The position numbers and the translations under genes were made by a program. A stretch of DNA of 64,000 nucleotides, from assembly GCA_013239625.1 (NCBI GenBank), contig MU054187.1, positions 15,038,974 to 15,102,973 on the forward strand, in the 5' to 3' direction. Positions 25,359-38,429 of this stretch are shown here, piece by piece. Each line of letters begins with the position of its first letter. Position 1 is the first letter of the stretch. The notes beneath the pieces were generated by a model that was not told the origin of the DNA, searched no databases, and worked only from the letters and a program-made list of their open reading frames with translations. The stretch is from Lama guanicoe (taxonomy: Eukaryota).

Positions 25359-26934
25359 CCTTCTTCACTGAACTAAGGCCCAAGCTTTTGTAAGTTTGCA
25401 CTTGAGTCCTAGTGGTTTTTAGATTTTTGTGATGCAGGGAAAATTATTTAACCTTGCTGAATATCCCAGGTTTTAGGAAATTGTCATTTTAAGAACATTG
25501 ATGTTAATACTAAAGGCTTGCTTAACTTCAGATTATGGAAATTAACTCTACCAAGATCTTCCAGCAAATGATGATAAGGCACCAGACTAAATGTAAGTCA
25601 AGTGACATCATTCAAAATAAGATATTTTCTTTGGAAGTAAACTTTTAGGCACTGAAACAACAAAGGAACTGTTTTCAAGCTATGTTCTATGTAGGCTGAG
25701 GCTACCAGCCTAGTTCTCATTAAAAGGGTCAGAAAATGAACACTTTCAGTCTAAGATATTTAGATTTTGCCTGGGCAACCAGAGTTTTAATTTTATAATG
25801 GCTTTTAATTGTGTCATTATTGGAAAAAGGTGTGGAACATCCCAGTCTGATCACATCACTTCAGTCTCTATAAACACCTCAAGTTCTGTTGTATCACTGG
25901 CCAGCTGGTGTCCTCATAGTCCCTGGACATCTCCAACTTACATTTCCTAAATTAGCTACAGGACAATGACTGGCTTTACTTATCCACACCACCATAATGC
26001 TTTGCTGTCCCACTTTTTGCTCTCTTAAAAGGAGTACACAATATTCCATTGTGGATTGAATTACTCAGAGAGACTGAGACTTTTGGAAATTCAAAAACAA
26101 GTTAAAGTTTTGTATCTGAAAAATATTTCTGGAAAAAAAGATTCTCCACTGAATCTCACAAAAACAAGATAATTCTATCTTTAAAATATTTCTTGCTGCA
26201 GGGTATCTGCTAGAGAAGATTGTTCACTTCTGATTCTAATCCTTGAACTAAGAATTTAAGGCCAGACCGTTTTGCTGTTGTACTGTTGAGATTAATTTCT
26301 ACTTTTTAAAAGCTGTTATTTTGTTAAGGTACTTTCTCCTAATGGATACTCTAAAATGACTATAAAGAACAAAACAAAAACCCCAAATAAACCAAGAAAA
26401 CCTCTAAGTCATTTAGATCCTTAAAGATCATCTAGATCATTTAGATCCTTGAAGAAATAAAAAGACTGATTCTTTTCTCTAAAGAAAATTGTGTGTGTGT
26501 GTCAGATACAGATTAGGACAGGGTTTCTATGGTTAAGGTAGCAAGTATGAGATTACTTGGAGGGCAGGTAATCCTACGTACAAGTTTAGAGCTTGTTCTA
26601 ATCTTTCACAAAATGAAAAATAAATATTCGTTTCCATTTTTTTCATTTTAGAAACACATAAGATATGTGCCAAGCTCTTTATTATGGGTAAGGATTGGTC
26701 AGGAAATAAAACAATTCCAAGATTTTCCAACAACAAAAAATCACGGAAGGTAATCACCTTTAACCATAGAACACTTATTCCCAATTCAAGTATCTTGATA
26801 TTTCAGGATGTTGGCAGATATCATAAGAGTTTTGAGATATTTTTAAATTGTCCTAAAATTGTCCATGGGTGAATCATTAAATACTAGTTACATAGGATAA
26901 GAACAGCAAACATACAAGTTTTCATGGGGAAAAA

Positions 26935-27150
26935 TAGTGAATAGCAGGAAGGCCTGGATGAGAAATCAGAATATTAAGATCAGATTCCAAGTTTGCCACT
27001 AACTGAAAGATTGACTATCTCCCTACCCACCAACCTACTTATATATTGAAGTTACTCCAGGTAAGGTTTTCAAATTTTCTGACCTTCAATTCCTCATATT
27101 TAATATGGGAGTGGCACCAAACACCCTGCCTTCTATCAAGGTTGTTTGAG
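26935..27150 (+). mobile_element. MIR SINE
   Basis: gcctggatgagaaatcagaa...ccactaactg...ttctgaccttcaattcctcatatttaatatggga. Confidence 0.55.
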
Positions 27151-29659
27151 AGGCCACACTAGAGAGGGCTCTTATAGGAACTGGAGGTGGAAGACAGGAG
27201 ACAATAAAGATTTCTAGAATGTTCTAATTTTTTTCTGAAAATTAAACAAAACCTCCAAATAGCTAGCTGCATTATCTGTTGTAATTCAGAGAGTGAATGT
27301 CTTCCACATTATTATCTTGAGAACATTTCTGCCCTTAAGTTTCAATTTACAGTTTGGGAAACTCTCATTTTTAGTACCTGAATGATGACATGGAGTAATG
27401 ATTACATAACCAAAATGCAGGGAGGCTCTGGAGAGGGCTAAAAAATTATTATTGATTAACTGAAATATTATCTCTGAGTATGAAAGTGAACACATTCTCA
27501 ATGTCTATTTATTTTGAAATTACATTTAGAAGTTGCCAAAAAAAAAAAGTGTCAAGTAGAGTCACTGGTGCCAGTTGTCATCACTAGAGCTGGACAAGGC
27601 CACTGACTTTGACTAAAGTAAGGATTGGTGAGGGAGCCCGGCTGCTAACGGTCAACTGAAATTCTGTTTGCTTCATAGTGACAGAGCCCAGACACTGAGG
27701 TATATTCATTTCCTGTGTGTTGCTGGCTTTTACATCAGTAATCAGGTGTTGACTCTTCTGGTCAAGGGCTATTAAAATGGCTTTACATGAACTAGGCTGC
27801 CTAAATGGTCCTGTTTTGATCTAATGCTTTTATATTTGGCAGAACTGGCTTTGGACTGCTAGTAAAATGCCAACCCATGGGGTATTAGGTTTTTCTTTTT
27901 AAGAATCAAGTGTACTATTCATTAAAGATGTCATCTTTTTTCTTTACTGCTCTACCTTTTATTTCAACTGAATATACTTAGCTTAGAAGTATAAATTTTT
28001 GAGATGAATAGTAAAAGGCATGTAGATGTTGATGTAAATTTTCTCCAGATACAACTTAATTATCAGAATGAACTTTTATACCATTGTGTATTCTAAAGAT
28101 GTTACAAGATAATCTGATAAATTAAACAGTATGATTTCTCATTCCTGAAATAACCAGTAGATCCAAATTTATATAAATTAATAAGCACTTTTTATTGTCA
28201 AATCTCTAAAAGCAGGTAGCATTGACTGAGCCATGCTTTATCATTCTTTATCATTCACATGCACAACTTCCTTTGTGGTGACCATAGTTCTATTTGGAAT
28301 AAAATTGTCTTCTGTTGTTATTGGCTTGAGTTACTCAGGCCTTAGACCACTAAGTTACATTGATGTGACTGTTTTAGTACATGGGTTTGAACTGTGGGAG
28401 GAAAAAAATTATATTGGATGCATCTATCAAAAATGTTATATTATTTAAAACTTTTCCATCCCCTGAGATTAGATTTTAGATTATAGACAAATTCTATATT
28501 TGCTGGCTATAAGTCAGCTTATATTTTAAATAATCAGAAAAGATAGTATTAAGAAGAGTAAAAAAAAAGCTTTTCCTTTTTTTTGCAAGCAAATCTTTTG
28601 GAAGTTATTACTATTGGACTCTTTCATGGAGAAATTAGGTCATTTTTGGCCCATTTTGTTGTATTAAGAGAATAACCTGTTCTAGTTTTGTTTCTTCAAG
28701 GGGCTAGATTTTCTCCAAAGAGTCTACACGCTGTAAACAAGAAGCATACTTCTATCTGTAACACTAGCTTCAGGTATACAGAAAGATGAGGCCAGATCTT
28801 ATAAAAGAATTAAGGTTACTGTTTAGCCACCAACTTTTCAAAATGTTTTGTTATCTTTTAGAACAAAAAATTTTGAACACTACCATTTCTCCTCTCCCCG
28901 AAATAGTGTAAATTATTCAACAGTTTAAAAATTAACTGATTATTTGGTTAATAATGAACAAAGAACTTATTTTCAGAGGCAAGGGAAATGTCACGGGCTT
29001 CAACTTAAGTAACTCGATTAAATAAATGTCTGTACTTCCCCTGTTCCATTACTCCCACGTTCCTGATAAGTATTTGTGAATTTATTTAACAGGATGAGAT
29101 AACTGTTGATAATAGAACTAATTAAAAATAACAGTCTGATTGGTTTATTTACCAACCAATTCACAATTGTAGATTGAAAAGGGGTACAAAATCAGGATGC
29201 TGGGTGGTGTTCAAATCACTGGGTATGACATCTTGTAGGATCTTTTTGCCTCCATCTTCTGGGCTGAAATAGCAGGTCAAAAAACCAAATATCTGGGAGG
29301 TTTTCAATGAAATATGCGAATTCATTTCATGTTAGCAAAATGCCTGTACAATGCTCTTGAGTTATGTATGAAGTGGTGGGTAGGAAGAAGGATGCAAAGC
29401 TATTGCCCCTGAATGAAGAATGGGGTAGGGAGATGTTTTCTGATGCTAACTGGAACTATTAAACCAAAACTCCATGAGGTTGGGTTCATGTATTACTTTT
29501 TTTTTTTTTTTACCAACACATCACCAAATACAATGCTTGATTCCTAGGCACTCAATAGATATTTGTTATAAGATTATATATATGGAGGGTATTAGGAAGA
29601 AAGAAAGGGAGAGAATTAAAGAAATGATAATCTTTCTGAAGAGCCTGAAACCTCGAGAT

Positions 29660-29830
29660 CTTCAAGTGTTTACTCCCGACGACCTATGGTTCTTAATTTC
29701 TCTGAATCTCAGTTTCCTCAGTTGGCAAATAGCGCTGATAAGATAATCTACTTCATAAAACAGTCATAGGGAATAATGAGATTGTATGTAGCAAAGCTCT
29801 TCGTAAAACAGAAAGTGCTATTCAGGCGTA
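29660..29830 (+). mobile_element. MIR fragment
   Basis: cttaatttctctgaatctcagtttcctcagttggcaaatag...gagattgtatgtagcaaagctcttcgtaaa. Confidence 0.7.
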
Positions 29831-30680
29831 AGATACAAGTGACACTATGAAAGTTATGGCAGTTGAGAAAAGTCCTGGTAGACGCTTCCTTTCCTAATAT
29901 GCACGAAATAGAGCTGTTTTGGAAGATTGTTTTAAAAGCACCACCTGATGTAAGTATCAAGTCAGACCACATCAGTTATGACCCTGGTTCTCTTAGGAAG
30001 AGAGGTACTTTCTTTGTATTCTCATTCACTTAGGCAAAGTTAGGTAGACACATAAGCTTCTGCTGAATATTGGAGATTATTTGGTTTGCTACCAACCTGG
30101 TTTAAATTCACTGTATTCAGCTTCATTTTGACCTGCACCAACCCCAAAACAATTCTGTTTTTCCCCTACTCCCAAATTTGGCTTATTTAGATAACAGTTT
30201 ATTAATGAGATAATTACATACATTTTTATCTTCAGCAGGGTATCAAGAAATCCCAAAGAGAGCAAACCCTAGACCATCTGAGCTGTGGGGATTTTGTAAA
30301 TAAACTAACCTACTCACTCATCATGTGGATGAGATGGTTGTAGAGAGGTCAAGTTACTTACACACATTTACACAGTTACTCAACAGAACTTGGAATAGAA
30401 TTCAGGTGCACAGACTCCTAATGCATCATTTCATTAAATCAAGTTAATTCCCAAAAGGATAGAAACCTTGAAATCCTGCACTGGAAAAAATTAGATCGTT
30501 GCTAGATATTTGGAAGAATATAATAGTATCACATTTATCCTTTTTTTTGTTCCAAGGTAAGTGATGAAGTTCATGAAATTAAAAAAACCCTGTGTGCTTC
30601 CCTGCCTGGAAAGAGATTATGTACTTGCACCTTGATTTTAGTTTGTATTATGAATATAATTTTACTCCTCTTGCTATTTC

Positions 30681-30855
30681 TTTTTTTTTTAATTTTGTAT
30701 TTTTTTTAAAGTGTCAGTTTCTTTTTATTTATTTATTTGGAGGCATGGTAATTAGGCTTATTTATTATTTTTTTAAATGGAGGCACTGGAGATTGAACCC
30801 AGGACCCTGTGCATGCTAAGCACGCGCTCTACCGTGGAGCTATACCCTCCCTCCC
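30681..30855 (-). mobile_element. Camelid tRNA-Ala-derived SINE (Vic-1-like)
   Basis: The minus strand reads GGGAGGGTATAGCTCCACGGTAGAGCGCGTGCTTAGCATGCACAGGGTCCTGGGTTCAATCTCCAGTGCCTCCA (A box and B box), followed by an AT-rich body and an A-rich tail. Confidence 0.9.
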
Positions 30856-32289
30856 ACTGTTTCTAATTATAGGACTAAACCATGATCGGTCACCCTGGCC
30901 ACTTGAGAGGGTATGAATTAATGTAATTGGGTATTTGGTTGATGTTGATGCACAGTATACTCTCAAACTGCATTTTATTCTGCACCTTTCAACTGGAAGA
31001 TGAAATGCTTGTTTAACTTTGGGGTCTGAGGTCATCCATTTCCCCTGATATTCAAATATGGCTCTCTCCAATTAACAGATAAACCAGACAACAGTATATC
31101 AGAAATAACTGGCAAGCAGTCTGGGCACTGGAAACAGCAGAAAAAGAGTTGGAATTTGCTGGATAAAGTATATGCAAAGATCTTGCATCACTGTCTTGGC
31201 ACCCATCGCTGGCTCAATAGCTTGTCTTAGTATGAACAAACTAATATCAGGGCCCCATTCCTTTTTTGAAAAGCTATTCCAGTCTGGAAAACATTAAAGA
31301 AGCAAGGTAATTCTAAGGGAAAGAGGAAAAAGCAGAATAGCTTCAAGTCAGCACTGTGTCTGAGACCTGATCTTTTATGAGCACATAATGAAACATCAAA
31401 GCCAAGACTGAATAAATGGAAAAATGTGGTACTTATTGGTTATAGAAAAATAAATTCTACAATATAAATTCTTCACATGCACATAATGATGTTAAACTAT
31501 TGTTCTTTTTTGTAGCAATTGATAAGCTACAGTGAAATAAAGATTTTTTAGCAATAGGCAGAATTAAGAAATAGATTCTGAATGATTTATAGGGAAAAAA
31601 TCATTTACACAAGGTTTTAATTAATGCCTGGAATCATGTTACTTGATGTTTTAAGATGTTTGGTCTCAATTAAGCTGAAGAAACCCATTTTTCTCTGGAA
31701 TATAAGTTTAATGAAGGCAGAATGGTTTCGATTTCCCAATTAGGAGTTTTGAGACTAATTTTGGATAGTTATTTAAAATATGAGTAATTTATTGCATCTT
31801 TTCAAAAGTAATGCAGGATACTTCACATACATTGTCTCATCAAATCCTCTCTTAAGAATAAAGTTAGGCAGACATTGTTATCATTATTTTTACATGAGGA
31901 ACTTGAGTTTTATAAAATGACACAACATATAATTAACAAATTCAGTACACCTCTTCTCATGCAGAAAGTCTCTCTTCCTGTAATTTTCTGGAAAATGTAG
32001 GATCATCAAGTCTTATGCATGAGGTTATCAAAACCAAATCCCTACCTGGTATGTGACATCCTTTCACAACAGAGACAGATGCATGACAATCTCAGTCAAG
32101 TTGTTTGCATGACAGCCCATTTTATTAAACATCTGTACTTTTTAGAAAGTTTGTTCTTAAACAAAGTAAAATGTACCTCTTAGTAATCTCTGATTACTTC
32201 TAGTTCTGCTCTCTGGGTCAGTTTGAGCAAAGCTTACTTACTCGTCCACATTATCATCCTTAAAATCCTTTAGGACAATAGTAAGTCCC

Positions 32290-32840
32290 TTACTCTTTTC
32301 AGCCTTTTATGGGCTAATATCCCTAGTTCTCCAACTCTTTTTTAAATATCATATAATTTTTCACACCTTTCATCTTTCTCACTCTTCCCTTTATATTGCT
32401 TGTTTGCCAGTTTCTCTTTAAAATTTAGTATCTAAAATTCAGTAAAGTACTCAGATGTGTCCTGACCAGTAAAAAGTAGAATGGATTTTTTTCTGCCAAG
32501 ATTTTGAAGCTTAACTTTTATTAACGTGGCCCAGGTTTAGACATTGGCTTTTATTAAATTTAGGGTTCAATGAAAACCTCAGAGTCTATTTTTCATAAGA
32601 AATATTACCAAACCAAGTTTCCAATCATTTATCATTTAACAATATCTCTTGGGCTTCTGTTACTTTGGTTGCTTGAGATAATTTTGGATTCTGATTATGC
32701 CAACCCTCCCTCACTCTACCAAACTAAGGAACTCTATATTTGCTCCATATTTGAAAAACTCTGCTCGATGCCTTTATCCTAGGCATTGATAACAAAGCTG
32801 AACAGAAGTGAGACAGGGTCAGGGCACTTTGACATCATGA
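32290..32840 (-). mobile_element. L3/CR1 LINE reverse-transcriptase-region fossil
   Basis: ctaatatccctagttctccaac..., tctctttaaaatttagtatctaaaattcagtaaagtactcagatgtgtcctgaccagt and tttatcctaggcattgataacaaagctgaacaga resemble the antisense CR1/L3 consensus as I recall it. Confidence 0.7.
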
Positions 32841-33189
32841 GAAGGCTGGAGAGTTAAGTAACTCAGAGCCCTTCTCCATTCTCTGGTACTTCTGTTCTCT
32901 AGATTTCCTTATGGAGATACCAAGAATGATGGAAATCAATTAATGCTCATTCTTCTCAGTTCTCAACGTCACCTTTAGCAATTACCATAAACATCAGCTT
33001 GTGTCAGTTTTCCTCATAGACCGTAAGTACCTAACAGTGGACGGACACAGAGCGGGCATTAAACAAGTATTTGCAGCTTTCATTGTTCCAATTTTTCCTT
33101 TCTCTCCTGCTGGAATAAGAGATGGTATATTGGTGAATAACCTAGTGTTCTCCACTATAATCCACTGGATGTTCTTCATACTTTAAATA

Positions 33190-33970
33190 AAACTGTTCAG
33201 AATTGAACTCATTATCTTTTGATCCCTTCCTTCCTGGTCATGCTGGTTTATGGCCTTGCACCTTGCATTCTCTATACCCTTGCCATCACTGTAGCCTACT
33301 TTCTATTTCTCACATCTAACTAGCAGCTGAATTCTTCAGTTTTATTTCTAAGCATCTCCCATGCTGAACCCTTCTTCTTCACTTTTTTTTCTTTTAAAAA
33401 TATTTATTTGTTTGTGATTTTTTAAAAACATTTTTTTATTGAGTTACAGTCATTTTACAATGTTGTGTCAAATTCCAGTGCAGAGCACAATTTTTCAGTT
33501 ATGCATGAACATACATATATTCATTGTCACATTTTTTTTCACTGTGAGGTACCACAAGATCTTGTAAATATTTCCCTGTGCTATACAGTATAATCTTGTT
33601 TATCTATTCTACATATGCCTGTTATTCTTCACTCTTAATGTCTTTATCTTGCTCAGTTCTGAATTTCCTTCTGGATCATGGCAAAACTAACTCTTATCTG
33701 CACCTGGTATCTCTTCTACTTTATTCCCCACTGCCTCTTCTTGAAGGACTATTCTGATCACATCATGTTATAATCACAGTCCATAATAACTGCCCACCAA
33801 TGTATTCCTTAGTATACCATAGCCCCTATTACCTGAGTAGAACCTGCCTTTCCAGTCTCCTTCTCCATCATTCCATTTGTCCTTTGTTCTGGTTATTATC
33901 TATCCTCTCCAGTACTTTCTCATTTCTCTATTTGTCTTTATCTTTTTTTTCCCCTATTCCTTGAATGGCT
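33190..33970 (+). mobile_element. L2 fragment, interrupted by a young L1 3' end
   Basis: Pyrimidine-rich L2 sense motifs: cagaattgaactcattatctt...ttctggatcatggcaaaactaactc. Confidence 0.5.
33387..33624 (-). mobile_element. Short 5'-truncated camelid-type L1 3'UTR insertion
   Basis: ttattgagttacagtcattttacaatgttgtgtcaaattccagtgcagagcacaatttttcag. TSD ttcttcact at 33375-33383 and 33625-33633. Confidence 0.9.
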
Positions 33971-34121
33971 TTTCACTTTCATAAAGGATCTACGCAGGAC
34001 ATGATACTTGGTTTTAAACATGAATTTGTGTAAGTGAAGATTTGTTTATTTAATTTATATTTGTTATGGCTTGCGGCAGTATGGCAAAGGGCTTAGATCA
34101 TGGTCTTCAGAGTCAGATCTG

Positions 34122-37100
34122 ACTCCACCCAGGCAGGGAAACTAATTTGTAGTTCTGCTCACTGAGTATAATCCTCAGCCTGCCTGAACAGGGAACCTGA
34201 TCAGAGACATGGGAAGCTGTGTACCCATTCTACAGTGGTGCCTGAGCAGAGAGCAAAGCTAGTTGGTACTCCCCACCTGCAGAACAAGACCAGTGGCCCC
34301 ATCAGGCTACGAAATCCAGGGTGCAGTTGTACCTGATTTGAGTCCACACACATGAGCTGTTCTGGCTTTGGGGATGGTTCTGCTGCCTCACTCAGTTAGA
34401 GATGCTGGTACATAGCCCTGTCTACTGCTGAGGAAAGTACTCCACCCTGTCCATCTGTGAAGCCTGACCAGAGAATCTGGGCAACTGTTGAGCCCATCCT
34501 GCAGCCTTGCTTAGGCAGGGAATGAAGCCAACACTCTCATACAACTGTGTTCAGCTAGTAGCACCCCCACCCCATTTCAGAGCCCAGGCAGAGGCCTCAC
34601 TCATAAACAGACCCTGATAGTAAGCTCCTCCTACCCAGGACACTGCCTGCTGACCTTCAGGACCCTGAGTTGAGCTGACTGGTAAAGGACTGTTTCTACC
34701 AAAGCAAGCCTGTGAAGTCTGGAAGAGGCAACTGCTTGCTCAGATACACAGATACCAATGTAAGGAATCAAGGATTATGAAAAATCAAGTAAACATGACA
34801 CCACCAAAGGAAACTAATGAATCTCCAATAATTGACATTAAAGACATGAAGATGTTAAATTTTAGACAACGAATTTAGAATAATCATCTTAAAGAAGTCT
34901 AGTGAACTATAAGAATACACAGACAACTAAACAAAATTGAGAAAACAATGTATGAAAAAGTTGAACAAGTGGGAAGTTCAAGAAAGAAATGGAAACCATC
35001 AAAAACAAGCAAACAGAGGAGTCCTGCAGCTGAAGAATACAATGACCAAACTGAAGGATCAAACAGATAACTTTAATAGCAGACTCGACCATGCAGAGAA
35101 AAGAACTAGTGACCTGGAAGACAAGGCATTGAAGTTATCTAGTCAGAGGAGCAAAAAGAAAAAAAGAATGGAAAACAGTGAAAAAAGTCTACAGACTTAC
35201 GGGTACCGTCAAAAAATCAATATACATATTCTAGGATTACTAAACAGTGATGAGAAAAAGGACAGCAAGTCTATTTAAAGCAATAATGGCTAAAAGGTCC
35301 CAAACCTGGGAAGATGAATGGACGTCCAAATCCATGAGACCTGCAGGACCCCAAATAGGTTGAACCTAAAAAATGGTACACTCAGACATAAAATAACAAA
35401 GCTGTCAAAAGTCAAATACAAGGAAAAAGTATTGAAAGCAGCAAGAGAAAGTCAACTAGTTACATACAAAGGAACTCCTATAAGACTACAGGCAGATTTC
35501 TCAACAAAAAAAGTTTTCAAGCCAGGAGAGAAAGGGATAACAGATATTGAAAGAAAAAACTATCAATCAAGAACACTACATTCAGCAAACCTGTTTTTCA
35601 GAACAGTTTTATTATGTTCTGAGTAAACAAAAGCTGAGGGAATTCAAAACCACTAGACTTCCCTTACAGGCTGTGTGAAGGGGAGCTCTTCAAATGGAAG
35701 TAAAAGGATGCTAATGGATATTATGAAAACACATGAAGGCAGTGTAAAACTCACTGGTAAGGGTAAGTATAGTCAAAGTCAGATCCTCCTGTATGATAAT
35801 GGTGGTGTGTAACCCACTTACAACTCTAGTTTAAAAGTTAAAAAAAATATATATTTTATTTTTAAACAAAGCATAGCACCATAAAATGTCATCAAATCAC
35901 AAAGGAAGACAGAGTATGAGAGGAAGCATGGATCTGCAAAACAGGCAAAAAATAACGAACAAAATGGCAATAGGAAATCCTAATCTACCCATAATTACTT
36001 TAAACTTAAATGTATTAAATTCTCCAATCAAAAAACATAAAATGGTAAATAGATAACAAAACCCAGCAGGATCCAACAATATGCTGCCTACGAGAGACTT
36101 CCTTTAGCTTTAAGCACACTCATAGACTGAGTAAAGAGATGGAAAAAGATATCTTAAACAAATGGTAACCAAAAGAAAGCAGGAGTAGCTATAATTATAG
36201 CAGACAAAATAGAATTCAAGTTAAAAATGGTTACAAAAGACAGAGAAAGGTATTACATAGTGATAAAGGGGTCAATCCACCCAGAAGATAAAACAATTAT
36301 AAATAGTTATGCATCAGCGTCCGAGCACCTAAATGTATAAAGCAAATGCTAATATAACTAAAAGGAGAAATAAGCAGCAATACAATAATAGTTGGGAACT
36401 TTAATACTCCACTCTCAACAATGAACAGATTATCTAGACAGGATCAATAAGGACACAGTGGACTTGAACAACCATCTAGGCCAAATAGACCTAACAGATA
36501 CATGCAAACCTTTCTATACGACAAGAACAGAATACATGTTTTTCTCAAGTGCACACAGAATATTTCCTAGGATGCATCATATATTAGGACACAAAATAAA
36601 CTTAGCAAATTTAAGAAGATAAAATCATACTGAGTATATTTACTGAATACAATGGTATGAAACTAGGATTCAACAGTAGGAGGAACACTGGAAAATTCAT
36701 AAATATATGAAAATTAAACAACGCTTTCCTGAAAATGGAAATGGCTCAGAAAAGCAATTAAAGGGAAAATAAAAAGTATCTTGAAATAAGGGAAAATGGA
36801 AACACGACCTACCCAAACTTACGCTGCAAAAGCCGTCCTAGAGGGAAGTGTATAGCTCTAAACGCATACATTAAGAAGAACGGGAAGAATATAAACCTAA
36901 CTTTACACCTCAGATAAGTAGAAAACTAACCTCAGAGTTAGCAGAAAGGAAGAAAATAATAAAGACTAGAGCAGAAATAAATGAAATAGAGAGCAGGAAA
37001 ACAATAGGAAATATTAACAAAACTAAGAGTTGTTTCTTTGAAAAGACAAATAATATTGACAAACAATTAGCTAGGCTAACAAAGAAAAAAGGACTCAAAT

Positions 37101-37605
37101 CAATAAAACTATAAATGAAAGAGATGACATTGCAACTGGTACCACAACAATAAAAGTATCATTGAAAACTACTATGGACAACTATATGCCAAAAAACCAC
37201 AAGAAATGGATACATTCTTATAAACGTATAACCTATCAAAATGGAATTGGCAGAAATAGAAAATCTGAACAGATCAATTACTAGTAAGAAGACTGAGTCA
37301 CTAATCAAAAATACCCCAACAAGGAAAAGCTCAGGACCAGATGGCTTCACTGGTAAATTTTACCAAATATTTAAAGATAAATTAATGCCAATCTTTCTCA
37401 AACGCTTCCAAAAAATCAAAGAGGAAGGAACATTCCCAAACTCATTTTTACAAGGATAACATTACCCTAAATAACAAATCCAGATAAGGACACTACAAGG
37501 AAAGAAAATTACAGACCAACATCCCTGATGAATATAGAAGTAAAAATTCTCAGCAAATACTAGCACACTGAATTCAGCAGCACATTAAGAGGATCATACA
37601 TCACG
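34122..37605 (+). mobile_element. Large L1 (5'UTR, ORF1, ORF2 endonuclease to start of RT), 3'-truncated and inactive
   Basis: ORF1 ATG at ~34777 (MKNQVNMTPPKE), ORF1 motif YKGTPIRLQADFS, ORF2 ATG at 35964 (..IITLNLNVLNSPIK), then KSSGPDGFTGKFYQIFK. Many frameshifts and stops. Confidence 0.95.
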
Positions 37606-38319
37606 GAGAAATTCCTGTTCAACTCTGAGTAGTGTTTATCTCAGAGGGGACTAGTGGTGGTTGTGGTAGGATTATTAAAACTTTTAACATGAAAGGTTTA
37701 TATACGTTTATACATACACATGTGCTTTTAAAGACTGAAGTGTATAAAGTGTATAAACAGAAATAATTATGACAATTGTTTAAACTATAATAAAATACAG
37801 TATTCTAATGCAAGCGTATCTGGTGTACAGTAGGGGCACAATGCAGAGAAAATATTAACCATAAATAGAAGAAAGGTATTGTTCTAGTTACCAAGTCCTT
37901 AGTTTCTTCATACATTTTCATCTCTGGGCATTTGCCCTCCTTATTCCTCTGTTCCCCAACTTCTCTGAAGGACTGCCTATGATTCTTGCTGCTCTATGAT
38001 AGAAGATATCTTCAATTTGCATTGCTTTCCCCTAAGACACTGACATTCTAGCTGAGGTCCTTCCCCTGCATCCAGATATTTCCAAATATAACCTCCTGTC
38101 AGGACCTCAGACTTTTGGGATCATTAAACTCCATTTCATGGCTTTGGCCATTTATCAGGACCTTTACCTTATCCCTTAGGCTGAAAATTCAGACACTACC
38201 ACCTGCTCCAGAAGCTGCGCCTTTCCTCACTTGTCCAGCTGGGTTCCTATTCCCAGTGCTGAAGACTGGTCTACTTTTGATAGCTAGTCCCAGTGGGTTG
38301 ATTGACTGATTTCAATAAT

Positions 38320-38425
38320 ATGGTACAGTGACAAACAGCATGGGCTTTGGGACAAACAGACCTGAGTTTGAATGACAAGGCACTTTACGAGTTATGTGAA
38401 CTTGGACAATTTTTTCTATTTTGTC
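38320..38425 (+). mobile_element. MIR 5' fragment
   Basis: tggtacagtgacaaacagcatgggctttgggacaaacagacctgagtttgaat. Confidence 0.7.
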
Positions 38426-38429
38426 ATCT

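Noticed and set aside
30775..30855. tRNA-Ala gene on the minus strand
   Set aside because: It is followed by a SINE body and A-rich tail and has substitutions in the D-arm region and stems. It is a SINE head, not a tRNA gene.
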